Origin: Octopus bimaculoides
Lineage: Eukaryota
Length of the DNA stretch: 64,000 nucleotides
Reading direction: 5' to 3'
Assembly: GCF_001194135.2 (NCBI RefSeq)
Contig: NC_068981.1
Coordinates: forward strand, 157,872,620 to 157,936,619
Shown: one piece after another, positions 54,037 through 64,000 of the stretch
How positions within the stretch are numbered: the stretch's first letter is position 1
Layout: every line of letters starts with the position of its first letter
Program-made: the position numbers and the translations under genes
The notes under the pieces: generated by a model
What the model saw: the letters and a program-made list of their open reading frames with translations, nothing else
What the model was told of the DNA's origin: nothing
The model's database searches: none

Positions 54037-55799
54037 GGTTAAATAACCAACCAAATGCCAAATAAAATTATAGAAATGAAATAGAAACATTGTATTTGTT
54101 TGTTATTGACATGACTCCCGTGATACAACAACAACACACATATTTATATACATATAGATACATATATGATTTACGTTCTATTATGTCTTCTGCTACTTTG
54201 ATAATGACAACTATGTACTATACAGCAGATCCTCCAATCTTCCTTTGCTTCCCATCACATTCATTCTGCACGCCTCAGCAAATGATCTTAAAACACACCA
54301 GTCATTGATAAAATGAAATCCACCACTCTAACCTTAGCCCTCTGCAAGTGTTATGAACAATGTTATTCTTCCTGAAATATGAGTCAATAAAAAACTTAAG
54401 GAGTTCACCTTTAATCTTTAAAATCAGATTTATATCTGAGAGGATAGTTTAGACTTCTATTTTTGAAAGTTGTTTTTCATCCCTTTTCCGTCTGAAACCA
54501 ATCCTATTTCAAGCTCGTCACAACTGTGCCAAAATTTTGATGTCGTCAGTGCTGCTTTTCTTTCTTATATTGTACACGTCGTCATTATCATGAGCCAACA
54601 ATACAACCTTTAAGCGGTCTTTCGACCTGCTAAATATAGCGTCTAAATCTGCCAAAAACTATCCCTCACGATCTTAAAAAGACATAAGAAAATGTAGGCG
54701 TAGACATACAATAAAGTAGGATTGTTATTGATCATAGGTTTGTTCGATCAGGATAGACATGGAAATAAACAATAACTGCACCACCCTCTATGTCCAACTG
54801 CAGCTCACAGCATTAGCACTCATATCACTATTCCTGTCAGGAATGTTCGGTGAATTGTGTAAACTCTATTTTCAGTCTTTCAGATTGTTTTCTCGTCTCA
54901 ACAAGTTCAAAATTCCAAATCTCTTGTTGTTTCAGTGTCTAGAGAAATAATAGAAAAATTTTATATAAGCACAATCTAATGATGATTTCAAGCTCACTGA
55001 AATTTATACAACTGTTTGGAAAATTGTGCCAACTCTTTATTTATTATCCAAATTATAAAAATATAGCCGAGCTAGGTCACAAACTTTATTGTGACAACAA
55101 GACTAGTATGTTATATTTCTGTTCAAATTACTTGCGAGAATGTATTTATGAAACCAGTTAACTAAATAAATTGGCGGCGAAGCCATAACTGAAGACATAA
55201 TGTACTGAAACAGGTCCCTAGATACCATTTAGTGGATCCATAGTTTTGAATAGTAACAAAAATGCATATGCATCCATTTTACTTATTTGCAGTTGTTCTC
55301 CAGTAAATTTTGCACAGTTGCATACTAGAACTTTCTAAATAGCTTTATTGCAATTAGTCTTTTGAGAAGATTAACTGCTAAACTATGGTATCAGTTTTCG
55401 GATGCGTGGGAAATGGTGAGGTGTGCTAAGTCACATGTAAAGAATGTGCGATTAGGAAGGACTGAAACATCAACCTTAAAATGCTAATGAAATGCACTCA
55501 GTTCTAATAGCAACTAAAGCAACAGCTTTAGAAGTACCAGCAATCAGAAAAAAATGATAATTTCAAGAACATAATAAAATTCATTTGCTTCAGTTGTCGT
55601 AGTAACGATGATGACGACGTCTACAAAATAAAGAACAAGAAGAGTAACAACAAAAGTCACAAATGTAAATTGATGCTGTAGAAAACATGCCAGTGCAGCA
55701 ACATCAATAAGAACAATAAATGCAAACACAATAAAGAAAAACGTTTTTTTTTAAAAAAGTCACAAGTTTCAACAGTACAGCAATAACACCAATTAGAAC

Positions 55800-56180
55800 A
55801 AGTATATTGGTTTAAAATTTTTGGTACTAAGCAGCAATTTCGTGGGAGCGGGTAAGTCGATTATATTGGCTCCAGTGCTTAACTGGTACCTATTTCATCT
55901 ACTCCGACAAGATGAAAAGCAAAGTCGAACGTAAAGACGGACGAAATGCCGCAAAACATTTTGGTTTTTATATTTTGACACAAGGCCAGTAATTTAGGGG
56001 ACAGGATAAGTCAATTACATCGACCTCGATGTTCAACTAATACTTATTTCATCGACTCAGAAAGGATGAAAGACAAAGTCGTACTCGGCAACATTTGAGA
56101 ACAGAAAGTAAAGACAGGCGAACTGTCACTAAGCATTTTGCCCGCCGTACTAACGATTCTGCTAACCCAATGGCCTTAAT
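55800..56180 (-). mobile_element. Two tandem degenerate SINE family B copies
   Basis: Repeated GATGAAAG.CAAAGTCG...GTAAAGAC.G.CGAA motifs. Confidence 0.75.
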
Positions 56181-56329
56181 CACAACAAGAATATTAACGG
56201 TAATTAAAGCAACAACAATAACGACAAGAACTAGAAACATTAGCAAGCACAAGCGACGGCAAGCAATATAAACTGCATCTGAAAAGATAAAAAATAGTAG
56301 CATCAACTACACTAGCGACATTAATCAGA

Positions 56330-56945
56330 ACACTCTTGTCATGTATCTGACAATTTTCTTCCACTCTTTATGAACTTTAGCTTCTAATTTTCTTTTTGAT
56401 GAACATTTAAACCAGCCCATTGAGACTCTAGATATGTAACATGGAGCATTGTCTTGTTGAAAGATTATACCATCTAGGATGTTATCATTGAAAATTTTAG
56501 TTAAGGAATGTAGATAAACTTAATCAAACATGCTGGTGTCAATGTTGGAATTCATTCTGCCCTCACAAGTGAACAACATTCCTGGGCCTGAAGACAACAT
56601 GCAACCCCAAACCAGTACGCTTCCTCCTCCAAATTTGACTGTTGGGACCACACATCCATGATTATAAGCATCCCTAACTCTACAACGAACATAAACAGCT
56701 CCAGGGGTTCCAAAGATCTGAGGAGAAAGAAAAAATTACTCATCAGTTTTGGTAGCCATCAAAAAATTTGTACACGTGTAAGAATTTCAATTATGCCTAG
56801 TAAAGTGGTGGAAATGAATGTGGAAAACCTACATCAAAGTTACCTGCATTTGACCAAACAATTTTAATCCAATCTCCATCAGTCCAATCTTCATGCTCTT
56901 TTGCCCAAGACAATCGCTTCTTCATGTTCAACTCAGACAGCAACA
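56330..56945 (-). pseudogene. Tc1 transposase remnant
   Basis: LNMKKRLSWAKEHEDWT, PTVKFGGGSVLVWGCM, EGRMNS, IFQQDNAPCYIS. Confidence 0.8.
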
Positions 56946-57149
56946 GCTTCTCGACTCAACTTTCTCTGTCATGGCCAATACGTCGATCACACGCTACACA
57001 CCTTTCTTCCAAGTACTGCTGTAAACAGCGGATGCAAGTTAGTGCATGCACAGTAGAGTCCAGGGTCAATCTGTGCCAAGCGACTGCACTTTCCGTGCGT
57101 TAGCTTCGTTACTATAGCAACAGTCCAGATACTTAGTGATCACACCGCG
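56945..57149 (-). mobile_element. Mariner left end (same family as 60511-61376) inserted into the Tc1 remnant
   Basis: Homologous to 61165-61376; ends ...GATCACACCGCG|TA. Confidence 0.75.
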
Positions 57150-57159
57150 TATATGTATA

Positions 57160-57520
57160 TTGTTCTATTCTGTTACTTGTTTCAGTCATTTGATTGCGGC
57201 CTACTGGCACATCACTTCTGACGGTTTTAGTCGAACAAATCGACCCCAGAATTTACTTTTTTGCCCAACCATAAAGTTACGTGGACGTAAACGCACCAAC
57301 ACAAGTAGTCAAGTAGTGATGGGGGACAAACAAAGACGGAAACACACAAACACACACACACACACACNNNNNNNNNNCACACACACACACACACACAACC
57401 AACAGGATTCCATACAATTTCCGTCTACCAAATTCACATTCAATGCATTAGTCGAACCAGTGGTATTGAACCCGTAACTACGTTGTTGCAAAACAATCAT
57501 CTTAACCTTACAGCCAAGCC
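57160..57520 (-). mobile_element. SINE family A
   Basis: Reverse-complement tail, internal (CA)n, CCGTCTACCAAATTCAC. Confidence 0.75.
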
Positions 57521-57544
57521 TAGCCCCTATAATAACAATAAGCT

Positions 57545-58270
57545 TTTATTTAGGCAAATGATCAGAAGTTTCGAGGGAAAATGTCGATTGATTACATCGA
57601 CTCCTATTACTTGACTGCTACTTAATTTATCGATCCTGAAAAGAAGAATGACAACGTTAACCTTCTGGGATTTGAAATCAAAACCTTAAGAGCTGGAAGA
57701 AATTCGGCAAGGCATTTTTTCTCGTGCTCTAGCGATTCTGCGAATTCACCATCTTAACGATTATGATAAGGTTTCTGTATATTTTTGGCACAAGGCCAGC
57801 AATTTTGAGGGAAGTATTCAACTGATACTTACTTTATCGACCGTGAGAGGGTGAAGGGAACTTGAACTCAGAATGTAAAGAACTTGAAGAAACGCCGCTA
57901 AGCATTTTTTCCGGCATGCTAACGATTCTGCCGACCCACTGTCCTAACGCCTATGATAACAATTCGGATGGTCGCAAAGTATGCAGTCTTTAACTATGTT
58001 TATTGTTGTAACTAACGTTGTCTTTTTTTATAGTGATTTCAAATTTTGGCACAAGGCCAGCAATTTCAGGGGAGACCCAACTGGAATTTATTTTATCGAC
58101 CGCGAAAGGATGAAAGGCAAAGTTGACCACGGTAGAATTTGAACTCAAGAGTGTGAAGACGGAGGAAACGCTGCTAAGCATTTTGCCCAGCGTGCTAATG
58201 ATTCTAACTATTATGATAATAATTGGGATGGTCGCAAAGTATGCAGTCTTTAACCATGTTTATTATTGCT
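57545..58270 (-). mobile_element. Tandem array of three degenerate SINE family B copies with duplicated flank
   Basis: Units near 57545, 57770 and 58030; the last two share the flank ATGATAA.AATT.GGATGGTCGCAAAGTATGCAGTCTTTAAC. Confidence 0.7.
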
Positions 58271-58843
58271 ATTAAGGTAGTCCTCATCTGTTACATTTAT
58301 TTTTAACTGGGTTTTTTTTTTTTTGTTACATGCTTCATGTGCTTATGTGAGAGTATGCATAGGTCATGTGTGAGCGCGAACGCTTGTGTGTATGTGAGTG
58401 TCCGTGCGTATGTAACCGAGATTTTTTCTCTTCTGTACTTGAACATCCTTTCACCCTGTCGCTTCTAACAATGAACACTTGTATTCAGACGGTACTTTAG
58501 TTTTCTTTATAACATAAACCTCTTCACGCTAGTTCTTGTATTAACTCCGGGTTGAGAAATCCGGAAAGACGTATCTCAATGAACACTGACAACTTAATTT
58601 CCTTCAACAGTACAATGGCGTAATCATTGCGTTTATCAAAGAAACACTTGTGAACGACTCTTTCTCTTTTGCTACATAAAAAAAACAAAAGCAATTAGAA
58701 CTCTTTAAGCTGGTACAAGGTCTCCTCATCGTAGATGAACTCTCAATGACAACACTCTTACATAGTGTTCACGAAGAGAACAGCCGCCTTGCTGAAAACA
58801 TCAACTTAATCTTCCTCAAACCGCACCTCCACTGACTTCCTTG

Positions 58844-58890
<47 letters not shown>

Positions 58891-58985
58891 GTATATACAT
58901 ATGTATGCATATGCATATATATATATATGTGAAGGCGCATTTATATGTATATATATATATGTATATATATATATGTATTTATATG

Positions 58986-59024
<39 letters not shown>

Positions 59025-59025
<1 letters not shown>

Positions 59026-59222
59026 AAGGAGCATGGCTTACAATTGTGAGTTTGATTCCCGGTCCGGGCTGTGTGTTGTGTTCTTGAGCAAGACACTTTA
59101 TTTCACGTCGCTCCAGTTCTCTCATCTGTAGAAATGAGTTGCAATGTCAGTAGTGCCAAGCTGTATCGGCCTTTCCCTAACATCAGCGGCGTCAATGGAG
59201 GCTGTTGGTCTTCTATAAACAA
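59025..59222 (+). mobile_element. SINE family C, deleted
   Basis: TTTGATTCCCGG..CGGGCTGTGTGTTGTGTTCTTGAGCAA, as at 4955-4995. Confidence 0.7.
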
Positions 59223-59244
59223 CAGCGATGGAGAGCACACAGAA

Positions 59245-59475
59245 TAAAGATAAATGTTTCTTTATTGCCCACAGGGGGCTAAACACAGAGGGAACAAACA
59301 AATGGATTAAATCGATTACATCGACCCCAGTGCATAACTGGTACTTATTTAATCGACCCCGAAAGGATGAAAGACAAAGTCGATCTCGGCGGAATTTGAA
59401 CTCAGAACGTAACGGCAGACGAAATACCGCAAAACATTTCGCCCGGCGTGCTAACGATTCTGCCAGCTCGCCGCC
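59245..59475 (-). mobile_element. SINE family B, variant tail
   Basis: Full reverse copy with the TTGCCCACAGGGGGCTAAACACAGAGGG tail also seen at 47415. Confidence 0.88.
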
Positions 59476-59479
59476 ATAA

Positions 59480-60223
59480 TGAATAAAAATATAGCAGAGA
59501 AAAAAATTAGCTGACAAGGAAGACTGGAAGCCGTCTGAATTTTGGATGATTCGAACTGGATGTGAAAATTCCCACATCATGGCTGTCTCTTAATGCTCTG
59601 ATAACTCGGTAAAAGCTTTAAGATGTGACATGGACAGCTGCAATAGAGTCTACGAAGCTGTGACCAGCAGGAAGGGACACAGCAGGTTTTCTGTCTACAT
59701 CCGCACGCCGCATTTCATGTAACATCTTATGAAACGGGCCTTTGGAACCATTCAAATAGCTATGTGAGGCTGCTTGAGAATGAGGTCAAACCTAGCTGGA
59801 GAGGGTTGCCTCTGGAATTCGGTTCCTTGCCAAACTCAACGGAAAGAGTGAGAAGCGGCTGTCGGAGAATTTCTACGATTTCAACAGCCCCAATTTCTCT
59901 CCCCCTAATTTCCCACATTGTAATCCCATGCACTATAATGTGTGGGGAGCCTTTGAAAAAAAGTACCAACCGCACAACCTCACCAAGGCCGAGCTGGTGG
60001 CCAAAATCAAGGAAGTGTTCGAAGATCTCCCCAGTGACACTGTGAGGAACGCATGCGCCAAGTTCCGTCTTGATGTCATAGTGGAATCTTTGAGTAAACT
60101 ATTATCTTCCAGCCATAATCTAGTTAATATTTCCTGCATTTTTAAAAATGCCTTTATTCTGCAATGGGTAATTGTAACTTCTTTTCTTTTTATGCTAACT
60201 GGCAAATTTGTCCAAACACCTTT
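59480..60223 (+). mobile_element. DD37D (maT) transposon family 2, deletion derivative with right TIR
   Basis: ENFYDFNSPNFSPPNFPHCNPMHYNVWGAFEK...TKAELVAKIKEVFEDL..DTVRNACAKFR; ends GGCAAATTTGTCCAAACACCTT|TA. Confidence 0.85.
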
Positions 60224-60256
60224 ATATGTATGCGTGTGTGAGCGTGTATGTATGTA

Positions 60257-60309
<53 letters not shown>

Positions 60310-60510
60310 TAATGTTTGCTTTTATGCCAAATTACGACAGGAAAAAACTTAACAGCCTGACGAAGGCTGGCAATACGAAACGTCGAAGACACTGCTCTCC
60401 TCTCTTGTAAAAGTATACTGAATATTTATATTGAAATATATGTATGTGTTTGTGCATATATATATCCATGTATATATATATATATATACATACATACATG
60501 CATACACGCA

Positions 60511-61372
60511 CGTGGTCTGATAATTAAGTATCCATACTGTTGCCATAATAACGAAGCTAAAGTACGCAGAGCGAAGCCGCTTGGCGCATGTTGACCTTTA
60601 ACTCTGCTGCGAATGTGCATTAAATTTTAACGTTCCAGCTTACTTCCGTTGTTTACAGAAGTGCTTGGAAGGAAGGTGCGTAGCATGTGAACGTTGCATT
60701 GACCATGACAGAGAAACTGCATCCAGTTTTGCCAAAAGCTTGGTCATACCTACTCAAAGTTTTCAAAAGTCTTAATCGTTCTTTACATAATCAAGGAGAT
60801 CTTGTGCAACTGAAACCCAAATGTCTTCTCGGTCAGCTGAAAGCAGTTTTGGCACAAGCTTGGCAGACACGCGTCTCGTACCCAAATCTTCATTGATAAT
60901 GGACTGAACTGAACCATAACTAATCTGCACATCCTCTGATAACTCACGGATGGTGATGCGACGCTTTCACCTCACAGCTGCACGCACATCTGCGATGCAT
61001 TTCTCAGCTCTCTTGGTTGCGGGTCTCCCAGAACGTTCGTGAATATCGACATTTTTTCGGCCATCTTGGAAACGTCTGAATCACTCGTACACTTGTGTGC
61101 GGCTCATACACTCCTCTCCATACACATTCTGCAGCTTTGTGTAGGCCTCTGAGCAGATAGAGCCATGACAACTTTCTCTGTGATGGTCAATGCGACGATC
61201 ACTCACTACACACCTTCCTTCCAATCATTGCTGTAAACAGCGAAAGTGAGCTAGAATATTAAAACTTAGTGCGCCTGCACAGCAGAATTCAAGGTTAATT
61301 TTTGCTAAGCGGCTTTACTCTGCGTGCTTTAGCTTGTTACTATGGCAACAGTCCAGGACATATTGATCAGAC

Positions 61373-61376
<4 letters not shown>
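60511..61376 (-). mobile_element. Mariner deletion derivative with ~205-bp inverted arms
   Basis: Minus strand AYTKLQNVYGEECMSRTQVYE.FRRFQDGR...RSGRP...RRITIRELSEDVQISYGSVQSII.EDLG.RRVSAKLVPKLLS (mariner bipartite HTH and WVPxxL-like motif). Ends CGTGGTCTGAT / ATCAGACCTCA|TA. Confidence 0.9.
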
Positions 61377-61404
<28 letters not shown>

Positions 61405-61456
61405 CGTATGAAATAAAAGCAGCTCTAGTATAATAAATATTAACTACATATAATTG

Positions 61457-61927
61457 ATGTATATGTTTAGTGTATTTTCCGGTGGTTGCAATAGCGTGTC
61501 AACATCCGTACTTGCCAGGGTACGTGATGTTGATGTACCTGGCGGGTACGTGGTGTTGACAGTGCCCCATCAACACCATGTACCCGACAGGATTGAAAAC
61601 AAATCTCCCCAGCCAGTCCACGATTTATATTCTCATGGCTTGTAAAATAATGAGCTGGAAATTGTATACATAACAGAAAATTTATATACTAGAGCTCCTA
61701 TTATTTCATATGTAAATTTTGTCTTAGGTATGCAATTTGACTTGCCTTCAAACCTAACGGGTACGTGATATTGACAAGCCACATAAATGGCGAAACACCC
61801 AAATGGGATTGAGAGTGAGTTATCTTGCCTTCCCATGATTCTGGGGTGTTTTACACCCAGCGTTTTGAGAGTATGTATTCTCCGCCACGCTATTGCCACC
61901 AACGGAAAATACACAAAGCATATACAT
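61457..61927. mobile_element. Unclassified TIR MITE with internal 16-17 bp motif repeats
   Basis: ~45-bp imperfect TIRs (ATGTATATG.TT.GTGTATTTTCCG.TGGT.GCAATAGCGTG) and five copies of GGGTACGTG(A/G)T(G/A)TTGA in both orientations. Confidence 0.8.
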
Positions 61928-62024
61928 TAAGTATATGTAGTTAATGTGTGTGTGTGTGTGTGTGGTTATGCGTGTGTGTGTATGTGGTTATGTGTGTGTG
62001 TGTGTGTGTGTGGTTATGTGTGTA

Positions 62025-62150
62025 TCTTTATCTGTTATTTGTTTCAGTCACTAGACTGCAGCCAAGCTGGAGCACCACTTTGAATAAAATTTTGATCGAA
62101 CGAATACATCCAAGTACTTATTTTATAAAGCCTGGTACTTATTCTATCAG
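62025..62150 (-). mobile_element. SINE family A, 3' part
   Basis: TTTGTTTCAGTCA.TAGACTGC.GCCA.GCTGGAGCACC...GGTACTTATTCTATC. Confidence 0.75.
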
Positions 62151-62259
62151 TTACTGTAGTATATAAACCGCTAGATTACGGCTGACGGAAACACAGCAAT
62201 GGGTGACGCAACCATAACCGATTGCTATGCGGTGACGGGGTGATAGTCAGAGATATGTA

Positions 62260-62295
<36 letters not shown>

Positions 62296-63283
62296 NNNNN
62301 NNNNNNNNNNNNNNNNNNNNNNNNNNNNNNNNNNNNNNNNNNNNNNNNNNNNNNNNNNNNNNNNNNNNNNNNNNNNNNNNNNNNNNNNNNNNNNNNNNNN
62401 NNNNNNNNNNNNNNNNNNNNNNNNNNNNNNNNNNNNNNNNNNNNNNNNNNNNNNNNNNNNNNNNNNNNNNNNNNNNNNNNNNNNNNNNNNNNNNNNNNNN
62501 NNNNNNNNNNNNNNNNNNNNNNNNNNNNNNNNNNNNNNNNNNNNNNNNNNNNNNNNNNNNNNNNNNNNNNNNNNNNNNNNNNNNNNNNNNNNNNNNNNNN
62601 NNNNNNNNNNNNNNNNNNNNNNNNNNNNNNNNNNNNNNNNNNNNNNNNNNNNNNNNNNNNNNNNNNNNNNNNNNNNNNNNNNNNNNNNNNNNNNNNNNNN
62701 NNNNNNNNNNNNNNNNNNNNNNNNNNNNNNNNNNNNNNNNNNNNNNNNNNNNNNNNNNNNNNNNNNNNNNNNNNNNNNNNNNNNNNNNNNNNNNNNNNNN
62801 NNNNNNNNNNNNNNNNNNNNNNNNNNNNNNNNNNNNNNNNNNNNNNNNNNNNNNNNNNNNNNNNNNNNNNNNNNNNNNNNNNNNNNNNNNNNNNNNNNNN
62901 NNNNNNNNNNNNNNNNNNNNNNNNNNNNNNNNNNNNNNNNNNNNNNNNNNNNNNNNNNNNNNNNNNNNNNNNNNNNNNNNNNNNNNNNNNNNNNNNNNNN
63001 NNNNNNNNNNNNNNNNNNNNNNNNNNNNNNNNNNNNNNNNNNNNNNNNNNNNNNNNNNNNNNNNNNNNNNNNNNNNNNNNNNNNNNNNNNNNNNNNNNNN
63101 NNNNNNNNNNNNNNNNNNNNNNNNNNNNNNNNNNNNNNNNNNNNNNNNNNNNNNNNNNNNNNNNNNNNNNNNNNNNNNNNNNNNNNNNNNNNNNNNNNNN
63201 NNNNNNNNNNNNNNNNNNNNNNNNNNNNNNNNNNNNNNNNNNNNNNNNNNNNNNNNNNNNNNNNNNNNNNNNNNNNNNNNNNN

Positions 63284-63470
63284 CAATCCATCACTGGAAC
63301 TGTAAAAATCTGTAAAACTTGCAAGAAATTTATCATTTGAATATATATGAGCATGTCTAGATATGCAACTATATGCATGAGAATACATACATAAAACAAA
63401 GCATACAAATCCGCACATATACATACATACATACATACATACATACATACATACATACATACATACATAC
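63284..63470 (+). mobile_element. RLE-type LINE 3' end with (TACA)n tail
   Basis: QSITGTVKICKTCKKFII* plus UTR, matching 32730-32900. Confidence 0.65.
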
Positions 63471-64000
63471 AAAATTATCCTGTTGTTGAAATTCCAATGA
63501 AGTCACCTTGGATCTAGGTTAGAAACCGGTTCTTTCTCTATTGGCAAGAAATCTTAAAATAAACTGAATAATGACATATATGTACATACATACACACACA
63601 CATACATACATACATACATACATACATACATACATACATACATACATACAGTATATATATATATGGCTAATACTCAACGACTCTATTATTCGTATACTAA
63701 TATTTACAACAATCCTCTTGTATATAAAAATTCATGATGATGCTAATGGCGGAATTTTTAGACTGGTGTACTTTTGCTTGGTTCAACACTCAATATGCAT
63801 ATATATACAAGACACATACGCGCGCGCCTATACATAAGCGCGCTCACACACTCACAAATCCGTGTATACTTATGAATGTATATTCAGAAATTTCTTTAAT
63901 ATATATTATATATGTGCATATTTATGCACATATATATGTGAATATATATATGTATATATTTGTATGTATATATATATATATATGTATATGTATATATATA

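Noticed and set aside
55189-55216. CTGAAGA...GAAA spacing like a hammerhead
   Set aside because: The intervening bases cannot form stem II in register.
60357-60395. CTGACGA-AGGCTGG...GAAACGTC
   Set aside because: Probably a decayed PLE tail, but the 3' strand of stem II and stem I' are missing.

Overview
Repeat-dominated animal genomic DNA from a draft scaffold (AT-rich, about 15 N-gaps, very dense di/tri/tetranucleotide microsatellites). The repeat repertoire looks like a coleoid cephalopod, most likely Octopus; this is inferred from recognising the repeat sequences, not from a marker gene. I find no intact protein-coding gene, tRNA, rRNA or CRISPR array, and almost all long ORFs in the track are microsatellite or N-gap translations. 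The window is a mosaic of decayed mobile elements. These are at least four different Penelope-like elements (PLEs; RT + GIY-YIG), several Dong/R4-type RLE LINE fragments, a probable L1/Tx1 3' end, Tc1, DD37D (maT) and mariner remnants, piggyBac- and hAT-type MITEs, an unclassified TIR MITE, and about 30 tRNA-derived SINE copies. The most notable observations are: (1) minimal type I hammerhead ribozymes at 284-331 (+) and 18446-18502 (-), the second inside a non-coding ~430 bp tandem unit with an inverted arm (retrozyme-like or PLE-derived); (2) several unrelated retroelements sitting in (AAT)n/(ATT)n tracts with family-specific polarity; (3) inverted SINE and mariner arms able to form long dsRNA. 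A few isolated exon-like segments could belong to a host gene with large introns, but I could not identify it.
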